Shown piece by piece: positions 8,705 through 19,098 of a DNA stretch of 64,000 nucleotides (position 1 is the stretch's first letter; every line of letters begins with the position of its first letter). Both the position numbers and the translations under genes were made by a program. Under the pieces are notes generated by a model. It was not told the DNA's origin, did not search any database, and saw nothing but the letters and a program-made list of their open reading frames with translations. The DNA comes from Candidatus Pampinifervens sinense (lineage in GTDB: Bacteria > Aquificota > Aquificia > Aquificales > Aquificaceae), in NCBI GenBank assembly GCA_037927135.1, contig JAXSPP010000002.1:32001-96000 (forward strand), read 5' to 3'.

Positions 8705-10285
8705 CTATTTTGCGTTAAGTTGTAAGTCCTCCACTATATCCACAAAAGCCTTTATCCTATTATACTGGGTAGCAACGCTTTGATAGTCTATAGGATTGGA
8801 CGAGGAAAAGCCAAAAAGGTTTGTATCAAAATCTATGGCTATGAAAATACGCGAATCTATAAAGGAAATTCTTATGCCCTTTGCCTTCATCCGCCTAAGC
8901 CTTTCCCAAAGGCTTACTATTCTCCGCATAAGTTCTGGAGAAAGTATGTGTCTTGATTCAATATGATCCTCTCCAAAGGTATTGAAAAGATTTTCAAAGG
9001 CAGGGTCCTCCAGCTTTATGCGTTTAAAGTTGTTTAAATTTATTTTTTCTCCCTTTGGTAGCAAAATTACTTTTTTAGTAAAGCTTTTGTTAAAATCCGC
9101 CATAAAAAATACACCACGAAAAACATCATACCATACCCTTTCTGTCCGTGTTACAGTTTCGGTCCGTGTATTTCCAAAGGCATCCGTATATGTGCGAGTT
9201 TCCGTATATGTGCGCACCTCTTCGTGTAAAGCATGCACTTGGCTAAATTCTATGGAAATAGCCCCCACTGTTCCGCTTATCAAGGCACTACCACTATACC
9301 TATTTATGCTTGGCTTTGTTATAAAAAGCATGCTTTCATTAACAACTTCAATGGGAATATAGTTATCAGGTTTATATTCTAAATTTGGCTCAATAAATTT
9401 AACTATCTTGTTCATAATGTTTGTAGTTTGTTCCTTAAACTCCTTTTCAAACCCACGGGATAATAACTTTATAATTATAAAGTAGGCTATTATACCCACT
9501 ATGAAAAACAAAATTGCAAATTCTGGTGAATATAAAAGTATGGTAAAACCGATAATGGCCAAATATGACAAAAGACCTATCTTCCACATGAATAGATTAT
9601 GCTTCTCACTTTTTCTTCTTTCTTCTAATGGTTCAACTATAAGCTTTAATTCTTTATTATAAAACTCTTCAAAAATCTTCTCATGTTTTTCATCCTTAAA
9701 AGTAATTTCCACATCCAGCTCTTCCTTTCTTACCTTAAACTCCTCCCTTATTTCATAAAGTTCGTATGGCTTAAAATTAAAAAGTTCAGCCGTTAAACTA
9801 TACCATGCGCTTTGCAACATTCCATTATATTTAGCCACCTTTTCGTTGTAATCTTCTACCAATGATGTGATGGCGCGCCTTGCGGCAAATAATTTATTTT
9901 TTATCTCATTTAACTCAAAGCTAAGCTCGGAAAAGTTTTCATTAGCTCCAAATGGTTGATTTTTATATACACTATCTATAAAATCTTCCAAAAGTTCTTG
10001 CATCTTTTTATACACCTTTAGCCTTTCTTGAATAATCTCTTGAAAAGGTATACCCTCTACAAAGGCTCTGTTTTTTAACTTTGACAATTGGTTTAATATG
10101 CTATCTCCACTAAAAGGTGGGATAATATTATGTAAGTTCATTAGCATACTGTCTGCCTCATATATAACCTTTTCTATGTCTGCCTTTATTGATGATATTT
10201 CTTTAACCCTTTCCTTAAGCCTTCTGTGGAATATCATGAAAAATAAAACAGCTATAAGCACTAAAGCTAATATCCAGTATTCTAT
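8705..10285 (-). CDS. LemA-like domain fused to DUF3137-like membrane protein; possible ATA start at 10285
   Basis: ANENFSEL..AARR..YN (LemA-like); two TM helices; FRGVFF..DFNK, LEDPAFENLF and ILSPELM (DUF3137-like). Confidence 0.7.
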   Translation of the reverse strand: MEYWILALVLIAVLFFMIFHRRLKERVKEISSIKADIEKVIYEADSMLMNLHNIIPPFSGDSILNQLSKLKNRAFVEGIPFQEIIQERLKVYKKMQELLEDFIDSVYKNQPFGANENFSELSFELNEIKNKLFAARRAITSLVEDYNEKVAKYNGMLQSAWYSLTAELFNFKPYELYEIREEFKVRKEELDVEITFKDEKHEKIFEEFYNKELKLIVEPLEERRKSEKHNLFMWKIGLLSYLAIIGFTILLYSPEFAILFFIVGIIAYFIIIKLLSRGFEKEFKEQTTNIMNKIVKFIEPNLEYKPDNYIPIEVVNESMLFITKPSINRYSGSALISGTVGAISIEFSQVHALHEEVRTYTETRTYTDAFGNTRTETVTRTERVWYDVFRGVFFMADFNKSFTKKVILLPKGEKINLNNFKRIKLEDPAFENLFNTFGEDHIESRHILSPELMRRIVSLWERLRRMKAKGIRISFIDSRIFIAIDFDTNLFGFSSSNPIDYQSVATQYNRIKAFVDIVEDLQLNAK

Positions 10286-10332
10286 TTCCGACCCTCCCCA
10301 GTTTATATTTTAAGCTTTAAGCTATACTTTAA

Positions 10333-11793
<1,461 letters not shown>

Positions 11794-11797
11794 TTAA

Positions 11798-13138
11798 TTA
11801 TATTCCAACCTCAATGCCGTACTGCCTTATCTTCCTGTAGAGGTTGGAAAGGTCTATGCCTATGGTCTCCGCAGTCCTCTTGAGGTCATAGTTATACTCC
11901 CTTAGCTTCCTTTCTATAAACAGTTTTTCAAACTTCTGTCTTGCCCTCCTTAGGTCCTTTTCTAAAAGTAAAGAGTTTATGTCCTCTGGCTGGTGGTCAA
12001 AGCCAAGCAAGTATCTTAAATCCCTCTCTGTTATCTGTATCCCTTCATGCAATAGGGCAAGCCTCTCCATAAGATTTTTTAACTCCCTGACGTTTCCTTT
12101 CCATTGGTAGGTAAGCAAAAGCCTTTTGGCATCTTCACTCAAATATTTGCTGGGCTTTCCATACTTCTTAAGGTAGTGGTCCAGAAAATGTTCTGCCAGA
12201 AGAAGGATGTCATCACCCCTTTCTCTAAGCGGTGGAAGGCTAATCAAAAAGGTGGATATTCTGTGATAGAGGTCCTCTCTAAACCTGCCCCTTTCTACTT
12301 CTTCTTTCAGATCCTTGTTGGAGGCGCATATGAGCCTAAAGTCGGACCTTATGGTTTGAGTGCCCCCAAGCCTTGTAAACTCCTTTGTCTCCAAAACTCT
12401 CAAGAGCTTGGCTTGAGCTTTGGGACTGAGTTCGGATACCTCATCAAGGAACAAGGTGCCACCGTGGGCAAGCTCAAGCTTCCCTAGCTTTCTATGAGTG
12501 GCTGAAGTGAAGGCTCCCTTCTCATAACCGAAGAGCTCTGCTTCCACCAGATCCTCTGGGAGTCCTGCGCAGTTTATGTCTATAAAGGGCCCTTCAGACC
12601 TGTTTGACAGCCTATGTATGCTTCTTGCTACAAGCTCTTTACCCGTCCCACTTTCACCTATTATGAGAACGCTGGCATCCGTTTTGGCTATCTTGTTAAT
12701 CAACTCCTTCACATACAGCATCTGTTTGCTTTCACCCAAAATCTCATCTTCATCCTTTTCCCTTCTTGACCTTATGGTCTCTTTGAGTGCCTTTTCTATG
12801 GTTAGCAGAAGTCTATCCATTGAAAAGGGCTTTTCCAAAAAGTCATAAGCCCCCTCCTTTACAGCCCTTACTGCGTGCTCGCTTTTGCCATGGCCCGTTA
12901 TCACTATGATGGCAGACCCCGGGAGGCTCTCTTTGAGATAGCCTATATAATCAAGGCCGTTTCCATCGGGAAGCCAAAGGTCCAAAAGGACGCAGTGGAA
13001 GTAGTTTTTCTCTACCAAGCCCTTCATAGACCTTATACTGTCTGCAGTAAAGACCCTATAGCCCTCCTCCTCAAGTATGCCCTTTAGAGTATCCCTTATG
13101 GCCTTCTCATCATCCACCACAAGGATGTTCACTTCCAT
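11798..13138 (-). CDS. NtrC/NtrX-family sigma54-dependent response regulator
   Basis: Receiver domain, GESGTGKE, GAFTSA, LFLDEV, Fis-type HTH. Confidence 0.92.
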   Translation of the reverse strand: MEVNILVVDDEKAIRDTLKGILEEEGYRVFTADSIRSMKGLVEKNYFHCVLLDLWLPDGNGLDYIGYLKESLPGSAIIVITGHGKSEHAVRAVKEGAYDFLEKPFSMDRLLLTIEKALKETIRSRREKDEDEILGESKQMLYVKELINKIAKTDASVLIIGESGTGKELVARSIHRLSNRSEGPFIDINCAGLPEDLVEAELFGYEKGAFTSATHRKLGKLELAHGGTLFLDEVSELSPKAQAKLLRVLETKEFTRLGGTQTIRSDFRLICASNKDLKEEVERGRFREDLYHRISTFLISLPPLRERGDDILLLAEHFLDHYLKKYGKPSKYLSEDAKRLLLTYQWKGNVRELKNLMERLALLHEGIQITERDLRYLLGFDHQPEDINSLLLEKDLRRARQKFEKLFIERKLREYNYDLKRTAETIGIDLSNLYRKIRQYGIEVGI

Positions 13139-13145
13139 AAGAAAA

Positions 13146-13790
13146 TTATAAAAGGTCGGTAAAGATATATGTTCTTAGGCTACCTTTTATCCTACTTGCT
13201 GGAATGTTTTTGCCCCTTAGCATAGCCTCAAGGGCTTTCCTCTTTTCTTCACCTTTTAAAAAGAAGATGACCACACAGGACATATTTAAGTATTCCTCCT
13301 TCAAGGAAAGCCTCAAAAGCCCATCGGGGGACTTACTTAGACACACCTTGGGGCTCACATCCTCACATTCCACTCTGGGGAATAAGGAGGCCGTATGCCC
13401 GTCTTTGCCCACGCCAAGGAGGGCTATATGTAGCCTTTCTGGAAGCTGAAGGCTGTAATCCATAGCGCACTCCTCTGGTGGCATCTCCGTTTTAAAAAAG
13501 GCCAACCTTGCCCTCTCTCCAAGGGCTTCTTTTATGTTTTTATAGTTGCTAAACTCGGAAGAGAGAGGCACATACCTTTCATCGCTAAGATAAAACCTTA
13601 GCCTGTCCCACAGAAGCTTTTCCTTTGATAAGATTCTGTAGAGTTCAAGGGGTGTCCTGCCACCAGCTAGGGCCACATGGCAGAGCCTCTCCTTGTTTAG
13701 AAAAAGTTTAAAAAGCCTTTTTAGAAACCTGACAAGATAATTCTCTGGCTCTTTGCTTGAATGTATAAGATAGCTTGCCAGCTTTTTCAT
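13146..13790 (-). CDS. pgl: 6-phosphogluconolactonase
   Basis: ALAGGRTP, DERYVP, GVGKDGHTASLFP. Confidence 0.9.
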   Translation of the reverse strand: MKKLASYLIHSSKEPENYLVRFLKRLFKLFLNKERLCHVALAGGRTPLELYRILSKEKLLWDRLRFYLSDERYVPLSSEFSNYKNIKEALGERARLAFFKTEMPPEECAMDYSLQLPERLHIALLGVGKDGHTASLFPRVECEDVSPKVCLSKSPDGLLRLSLKEEYLNMSCVVIFFLKGEEKRKALEAMLRGKNIPASRIKGSLRTYIFTDLL

Positions 13791-13809
13791 AGGAATATAC
13801 TATAAACCT

Positions 13810-14648
13810 ATGGGGTTTTTACTGATCATCTTCCTCTTTTGCAGCGTTCTCTTTGCAAAGGAGGTTAGGGTGGGCTTTACCGCTGTGATCTCAAAGGAGG
13901 ATACCTACACAGTTTACAGCTTTTTGGACTATCTGTCAAGGAAGACTGGACTTGTTCTGAAGCCAGTGTTTGCAAAGTCCTATGACGAGATGGACTTTTT
14001 CCTATACACGGGCTATGTGGACATCGCCTATATATGCGGAGCTCCCTTTGTGGAAGGGTATAAGAGGTTTGGCTACAGGATACTTGCAGTCCCTACCACA
14101 AGGGAGGGACCCGTGTACTATTCCTATGTTATAACCAGAAAGGAGAAAAGGTATAACTCCATCTTTGATTTTCAAGGAAAGGCCTATGCCTTTTCTGACC
14201 CCAAGTCAAACTCTGGCTCCATCGTTCCTACCTATATGCTTATGAAAAAGGGTTACAGCCCTTCCAATTTTTTCAAACCACTCATTTACACCTACTCTCA
14301 CAGCCAATCCATAATGGCCGTTTACAAAGGTTTTGTTGAAGGGGCAAGCGTGGATAGCCTTGTATACCACCAGGTTCTAAAGGTGAACCCAGAGATGGCT
14401 GAAAGTCTTAAAGTGGTGCAAAAATTTGGCCCTTTTCCTACCACCCCTTTGTGTACAGAAAAGGTTTAGATAAGGAGGTAGTTAAAAAGATAAGGCAAGC
14501 CCTGCTGGCTATGAACAAGGATGAGGAAGGGAGAACGCTACTCCAAAGGATGGGAATAGAGGGCTTTATCCTTGTGGACATAAGCTTTTACAAACCCATA
14601 CAAGAGATGATAGCCTTCATAAATAAGCATGAGGTGGCTGTTAAATAA
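13810..14648 (+). pseudogene. PhnD-fold periplasmic binding protein, AioX-like; frameshift at ~14444-14450
   Basis: Signal peptide, IAYICGAPFV, FSDPKSNSG, TYSH, SVD; reading continues in another frame as VYRKGLD. Confidence 0.75.
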
Positions 14649-16330
14649 ACTGTTAAAGCTTAGCATAGGAGCCAAACTCTCTCTTTCCTTCATGTTTGTA
14701 ATCCTTCTTACCTCCCTACCCATATCTACCCTTATGCTACTATGGCTTGAAAGGACCTTAAAAGAACACATTGAAGACACCATAAGGAAGGAGATCTTAT
14801 CAAGGGAAAACGATGTAAGGAATGCCCTGCTAAACGGTGACTATTGGACCATCTTTAAACAGGTGGAGTCTCTCTCAAGGCTAAAAGGTATAAAAGATGT
14901 GGCAGTTGTAGACAGCTCGGGCTTTGTCTTGGCCCACTCAAACCCCATGGAATACCCTATAGGTACCTACTTACCGAATTACGAAAGGCTGGAAAAGATA
15001 CCCATAGACAGCTACAACTATACGTTGGCCTACGTGGTCTTCCGTATAGATAAGGAGGCCATAGAAGCCTCCCTTATTCCTCTAAAAATAATCTCCGCAG
15101 GCCTAACTTTCTCCTTGCTCTTTATCGGCATTTTAATGGGCCTTATAGTATCCCTGAGGATTTCAACAAGGTTAAGGAAGGTCCTTAATATGGTAGATAG
15201 CTTTGAGAAGGGCAGGCTTGAAAAGGTTGAGTTTTTAGAGAAGGATGAAATAAGCACCTTTGGTGAATACATGTACAAAAGCCTTTCAAGGATCAACACT
15301 ATGATAAAAAACTCTATCTTTGAAAGGGACTTCTATCAAAGCCTTGTAAACAGCCTTCAGGACATTTTACTGATACTTGACAGGGATGGGAGGATATACT
15401 ATGCCAATAGTATGATTGAAAAGCTAGGCTATACATACGAGAGATTACTCGGTAGGTCTGTGCTTGTGCTTATAAAGGATAGCAAGGATAGAAGAAGGAT
15501 AAAGTCTAAGTTAAGGTCAGGGGAGGCTTTTATAGAAAAGGTAAAGATAAGGGCAAGCTCGGGCGACCTTTACGCCATAATGAGCTTTGTGCCTACCGAA
15601 GAGGCCATCATAGTCTCCATTAAAGGATGTGACAGAGCTCGTAAAGATGGAGGAGAACTTAAAGAGGATGGAGGTATTCTACATGCTTGGAGAGCTTAGC
15701 GCTGGTTTGGCCCATGAGTTGAAAAACGCCCTACTTCCCATAAAGCTACTATCTGATGTTCAAGATTGGGATGAGGAAGACATAAGGGTTGTAAGGTCTG
15801 CCATAAACAGGATAAACAACGTAGTTAGCACCATGCTGGAGTTTGCCAACCTAAACAGCCATCCGGAGGAGAGGGTTTCTTCAGAAGAGATTATAAACTC
15901 GTGGCTGAGCCTTTATGAGCCTTTGATAAGGAGGAAAGGGATAAAGGTAAGCACCCATGTGGATGATTTTAGCTTTAAGATAAACAAGCAAGCTTTCCAG
16001 ATAATCTTTAGCAACCTTTTCAAAAATGCCTTGGAGGCTGTGCCGGAAAATGAAGGGGAGGTGGAGGTACACTTAAAAAAGATAAACGGTAAGGTAGTCT
16101 TAATAGTAAAGGATAATGGCCCTGGTATACCCGCCAAGTACAGAGATAAGATATTTGAACCCTTCTTTACCACCAAGGGAAATAGTGGTACAGGTCTTGG
16201 CCTCTCCCTGGTTTTAAAATATACCTATGAAATCGGTGGATACTTGCATATGGAGACAAAGGAAGGAGGTGGTACAAAATTTGTCCTTGAGGTGCCATTA
16301 AAGGATGGAGAAGAGGATTTTGATAATTGA
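14629..16330 (+). pseudogene. Sensor histidine kinase (TM, HAMP-like, PAS, HisKA, HATPase); frameshift at ~15622-15624
   Basis: AHELKN, DNGPGI, FFTTK and GTGLGL; removing one A restores IKDVTELVKME. Confidence 0.8.
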
Positions 16331-17636
16331 TGACGATCCTGCGGTGCTATATGCTATAAAGAGGGTGCTTACTCAGAGGGGCTTTATCGTTTACACCTTA
16401 GAGTCTCCCGACAGAATGGAGGAGTACATAGATAAATGCCACCTTCTTGTGGTGGACATAAGGCTTATGAACAGGTCTGGGATTGAGGTGGTTATGGATT
16501 TGAGGAGCAGGGGTATAAACATACCCGTCATATTCATAACAGCTTATACAGACTTTGATAACATAGTTCAGGCTTCAAAGCTTGGTGCAGTGGACATACT
16601 TAAAAAGCCCTTTGATATAGAAGACCTTCTGAGGGCTATCAACGTTGCTTTAGATAGGGATAAGGGGAGGATAGTAGACCACTACGAAGAGGAGCATAAG
16701 GTAGTTGGCGCATCTAAGGCCATGTTTGAGGTCTTTAAAAAAGTTGGAATAGCAAGCACTAACGACCTGAACGTGCTTATAACTGGTGAGACGGGCGTGG
16801 GTAAGGATCTGGTGGCAAGGCTTATACACGCCAATTCAAACCGCAAAAATGGCCCCTTTGTGGTGGTTAACTGCCCTTCCGTGCCATGGGACCTTTTTGA
16901 GGTGGAGCTCTTTGGCTATGTTAAAGGTGCCTTTACAGGGGCAACCACTGACAGGAAGGGCAAGGCGGAGCTTGCCAACGGTGGAACCCTTTTCCTGAAC
17001 GAGATTGGAGACCTCCCCTATAAACTTCAAGCAAAGCTCCTAAGCTTTATAGAAAGAAAGGCCTTTTACCCAGTTGGTGGAACGAAAGAGATAACCGTTG
17101 ACGTGAGGTTCATCTTTGCTACCAACAGAAACCTAAAAGAGCTCATAGCAGAAGGTAAGTTTAGAGAGGATCTCTATCATAGGATGAACCAGATGGAGAT
17201 ACACATACCACCATTAAGGGAGAGGAAGGAGGACATAGAGCCCCTCATAAACCACTTTATAGCCATGGTAAACAGAGAACTTGGACTGAAGATAACTGGA
17301 ATATCAAAAAAGGCCCTTGAATTAGCCCTTAAACATCCTTGGTATGGCAATGTGAGAGAGCTAAAGAATGTCATATATAAAGCGGCTATAGATACAAAGG
17401 CAGGTGTAATAGAGAGCCTACCCTTAAAGGAGGAGAGGGCTAAGGGCTTTTCCCTTGAGGAGATGCTTGACCTATATATATCCTCTAAAAAGGAATCAGA
17501 ATTGGCCAACGCCCTTGAAGAGCTTGAAACAACCTTTATAAGGAGGCTACTTGAAAGGTACGGAGGAAACAAAAGCAAGGTGGCACAGCTCCTTGGCATA
17601 TCAAGGAATACCCTCAACGCTAAGCTAAAGGAGTAG
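16305..17636 (+). CDS. Sigma54-dependent response regulator (AioR/NtrC-like) with Walker B D-to-N
   Basis: Receiver, GETGVGKD, GAFTGA, LFLNEIG, HTH. Confidence 0.88.
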   Translation: MEKRILIIDDDPAVLYAIKRVLTQRGFIVYTLESPDRMEEYIDKCHLLVVDIRLMNRSGIEVVMDLRSRGINIPVIFITAYTDFDNIVQASKLGAVDILKKPFDIEDLLRAINVALDRDKGRIVDHYEEEHKVVGASKAMFEVFKKVGIASTNDLNVLITGETGVGKDLVARLIHANSNRKNGPFVVVNCPSVPWDLFEVELFGYVKGAFTGATTDRKGKAELANGGTLFLNEIGDLPYKLQAKLLSFIERKAFYPVGGTKEITVDVRFIFATNRNLKELIAEGKFREDLYHRMNQMEIHIPPLRERKEDIEPLINHFIAMVNRELGLKITGISKKALELALKHPWYGNVRELKNVIYKAAIDTKAGVIESLPLKEERAKGFSLEEMLDLYISSKKESELANALEELETTFIRRLLERYGGNKSKVAQLLGISRNTLNAKLKE

Positions 17637-18969
17637 CCTTACCCTTCAAAAGCTTCCTAAGGGTTATCCTGTTTATGCCTAAAACCTTGGCCGTTTTAGA
17701 CTGGTTTTTACCAAGGATTGAATAGGCCTCCTCCACTATGGCATAGCCTACACTTTCTAAAAGCTTACGGTATATGCCCCTCTCACCAGCCTCTATAAGC
17801 CTTCTTACCTCCATCCTTACAACCCTGTCAATGTCCTGTGGCTCATACTCTTCCACCACAAGCTCCAAATCCTTACCTCTTAAAACATCGCCATCACTTA
17901 AGGCTATGGCCCTTCTTAGCATATTCTCCATCTCCCTCACATTACCGGGCCAGCTGTAGCTAAGCACCTTATCCAAAAAGTCCCTTGTATAACCCCTTAT
18001 CCTCTTTCCCATCTCGACGGATAAGTTCCCTATTATGCAGTTGAGCAAAAGGGGTATGTCTTCCTTTCTTTCTCTTAGAGGGGGTATATGTATATGCACC
18101 ACGCTTATCCTGTAGTAAAGGTCCTCCCTAAAGAGCCCCTCCTTTACCAAACTCTTTATATCTTTATTGGTGGCGCAGATAAGCCTAAAGTCGCAGGGAA
18201 CCTCCTTTGTGCTTCCAAGCCTCCTTAGCTTCTTCTCCTGCAAGACTCTTAAAAGCTTCGGCTGTAAGGCCAAGGGTAGGTCCCCCACCTCATCCAAAAA
18301 TAGCACACCACCCTTCGCCATCTCTATAAGGCCAGCCTTAGAGGTAGAAGCACCTGTAAAGGCTCCCCTTTCGTATCCAAAGAGCTCAGCCTCAAACAAC
18401 TCCGGTGGCACTGCAGAGCAGTTTATGGCCAAAAAGGGTCCATTCCACCTTTTTGAAAGCTTCCAAAGGGCCTTTGCAAAAAGCTCCTTTCCCACACCAG
18501 TCTCACCCGTTATTAAAACTGGCACATCCAAGGGTGCTACCTTCCCAATGGTCTTTAAAACCTCCTTCATCCTTCCCTCAGGGTTCCCTATTATGGAACA
18601 TAGCTCCTTACATAGGTCTCCAGAGAGGTTCTCTTCGCTGTAAACTATAGGTATTACTTCTTCCCTGTGGTAGAGCTCATTTTTAGCCTTTTCAATCACC
18701 TCCCTTAACTCCTTAGGATTTATGGGCTTTAGAAGCACATCATAAAAGCCAAGGCTCATAAGCTTCATGGTGTATCCTGGTAAGGTCCTTCCCGTTATGG
18801 CTATAACCAAGTTCCCATCCTCTTTAAGGTCTGGCAGTGGTGAAAGCCCAACTGTGTCCACATCCAAGATAACTATGGAGTTCCTTAGATCCTCTGGGAG
18901 TTCATCAACAGCTTTTAGGCCTTCCACCCTTAAGCCCCTGTCCTTTGTATACATGATAATAGATTCCAT
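17620..18969 (-). CDS. Sigma54-dependent activator with atypical receiver-like N-terminus
   Basis: GETGVGKE, GAFTGA, LFLDEVG, WPGNVRE, HTH; divergent from the sulfur operon. Confidence 0.9.
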   Translation of the reverse strand: MESIIMYTKDRGLRVEGLKAVDELPEDLRNSIVILDVDTVGLSPLPDLKEDGNLVIAITGRTLPGYTMKLMSLGFYDVLLKPINPKELREVIEKAKNELYHREEVIPIVYSEENLSGDLCKELCSIIGNPEGRMKEVLKTIGKVAPLDVPVLITGETGVGKELFAKALWKLSKRWNGPFLAINCSAVPPELFEAELFGYERGAFTGASTSKAGLIEMAKGGVLFLDEVGDLPLALQPKLLRVLQEKKLRRLGSTKEVPCDFRLICATNKDIKSLVKEGLFREDLYYRISVVHIHIPPLRERKEDIPLLLNCIIGNLSVEMGKRIRGYTRDFLDKVLSYSWPGNVREMENMLRRAIALSDGDVLRGKDLELVVEEYEPQDIDRVVRMEVRRLIEAGERGIYRKLLESVGYAIVEEAYSILGKNQSKTAKVLGINRITLRKLLKGKATPLA

Positions 18970-19057
18970 GTTTATTAATTATACAAGCTGTTTACAAAAT
19001 ATACATGAGCTATATCAGGTAGGCTTGAAAGGTCATTATCTTTTTGAGGCTTCCCCC

Positions 19058-19073
19058 TGGCATGCACTTTGCA
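19058..19073 (+). promoter_or_regulatory. Sigma54 (-24/-12) promoter of the sulfate assimilation operon
   Basis: TGGCATGCACTTTGCA with exact GG-N10-GC spacing, 25 nt before the ATG. Confidence 0.85.
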
Positions 19074-19098
19074 TTGAGTTAGATAGGAGGTGGATAAT

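Noticed and set aside
18989-19005. TGT-N11-ACA possible upstream activator site
   Set aside because: Single weak instance in AT-rich DNA; not distinguishable from chance
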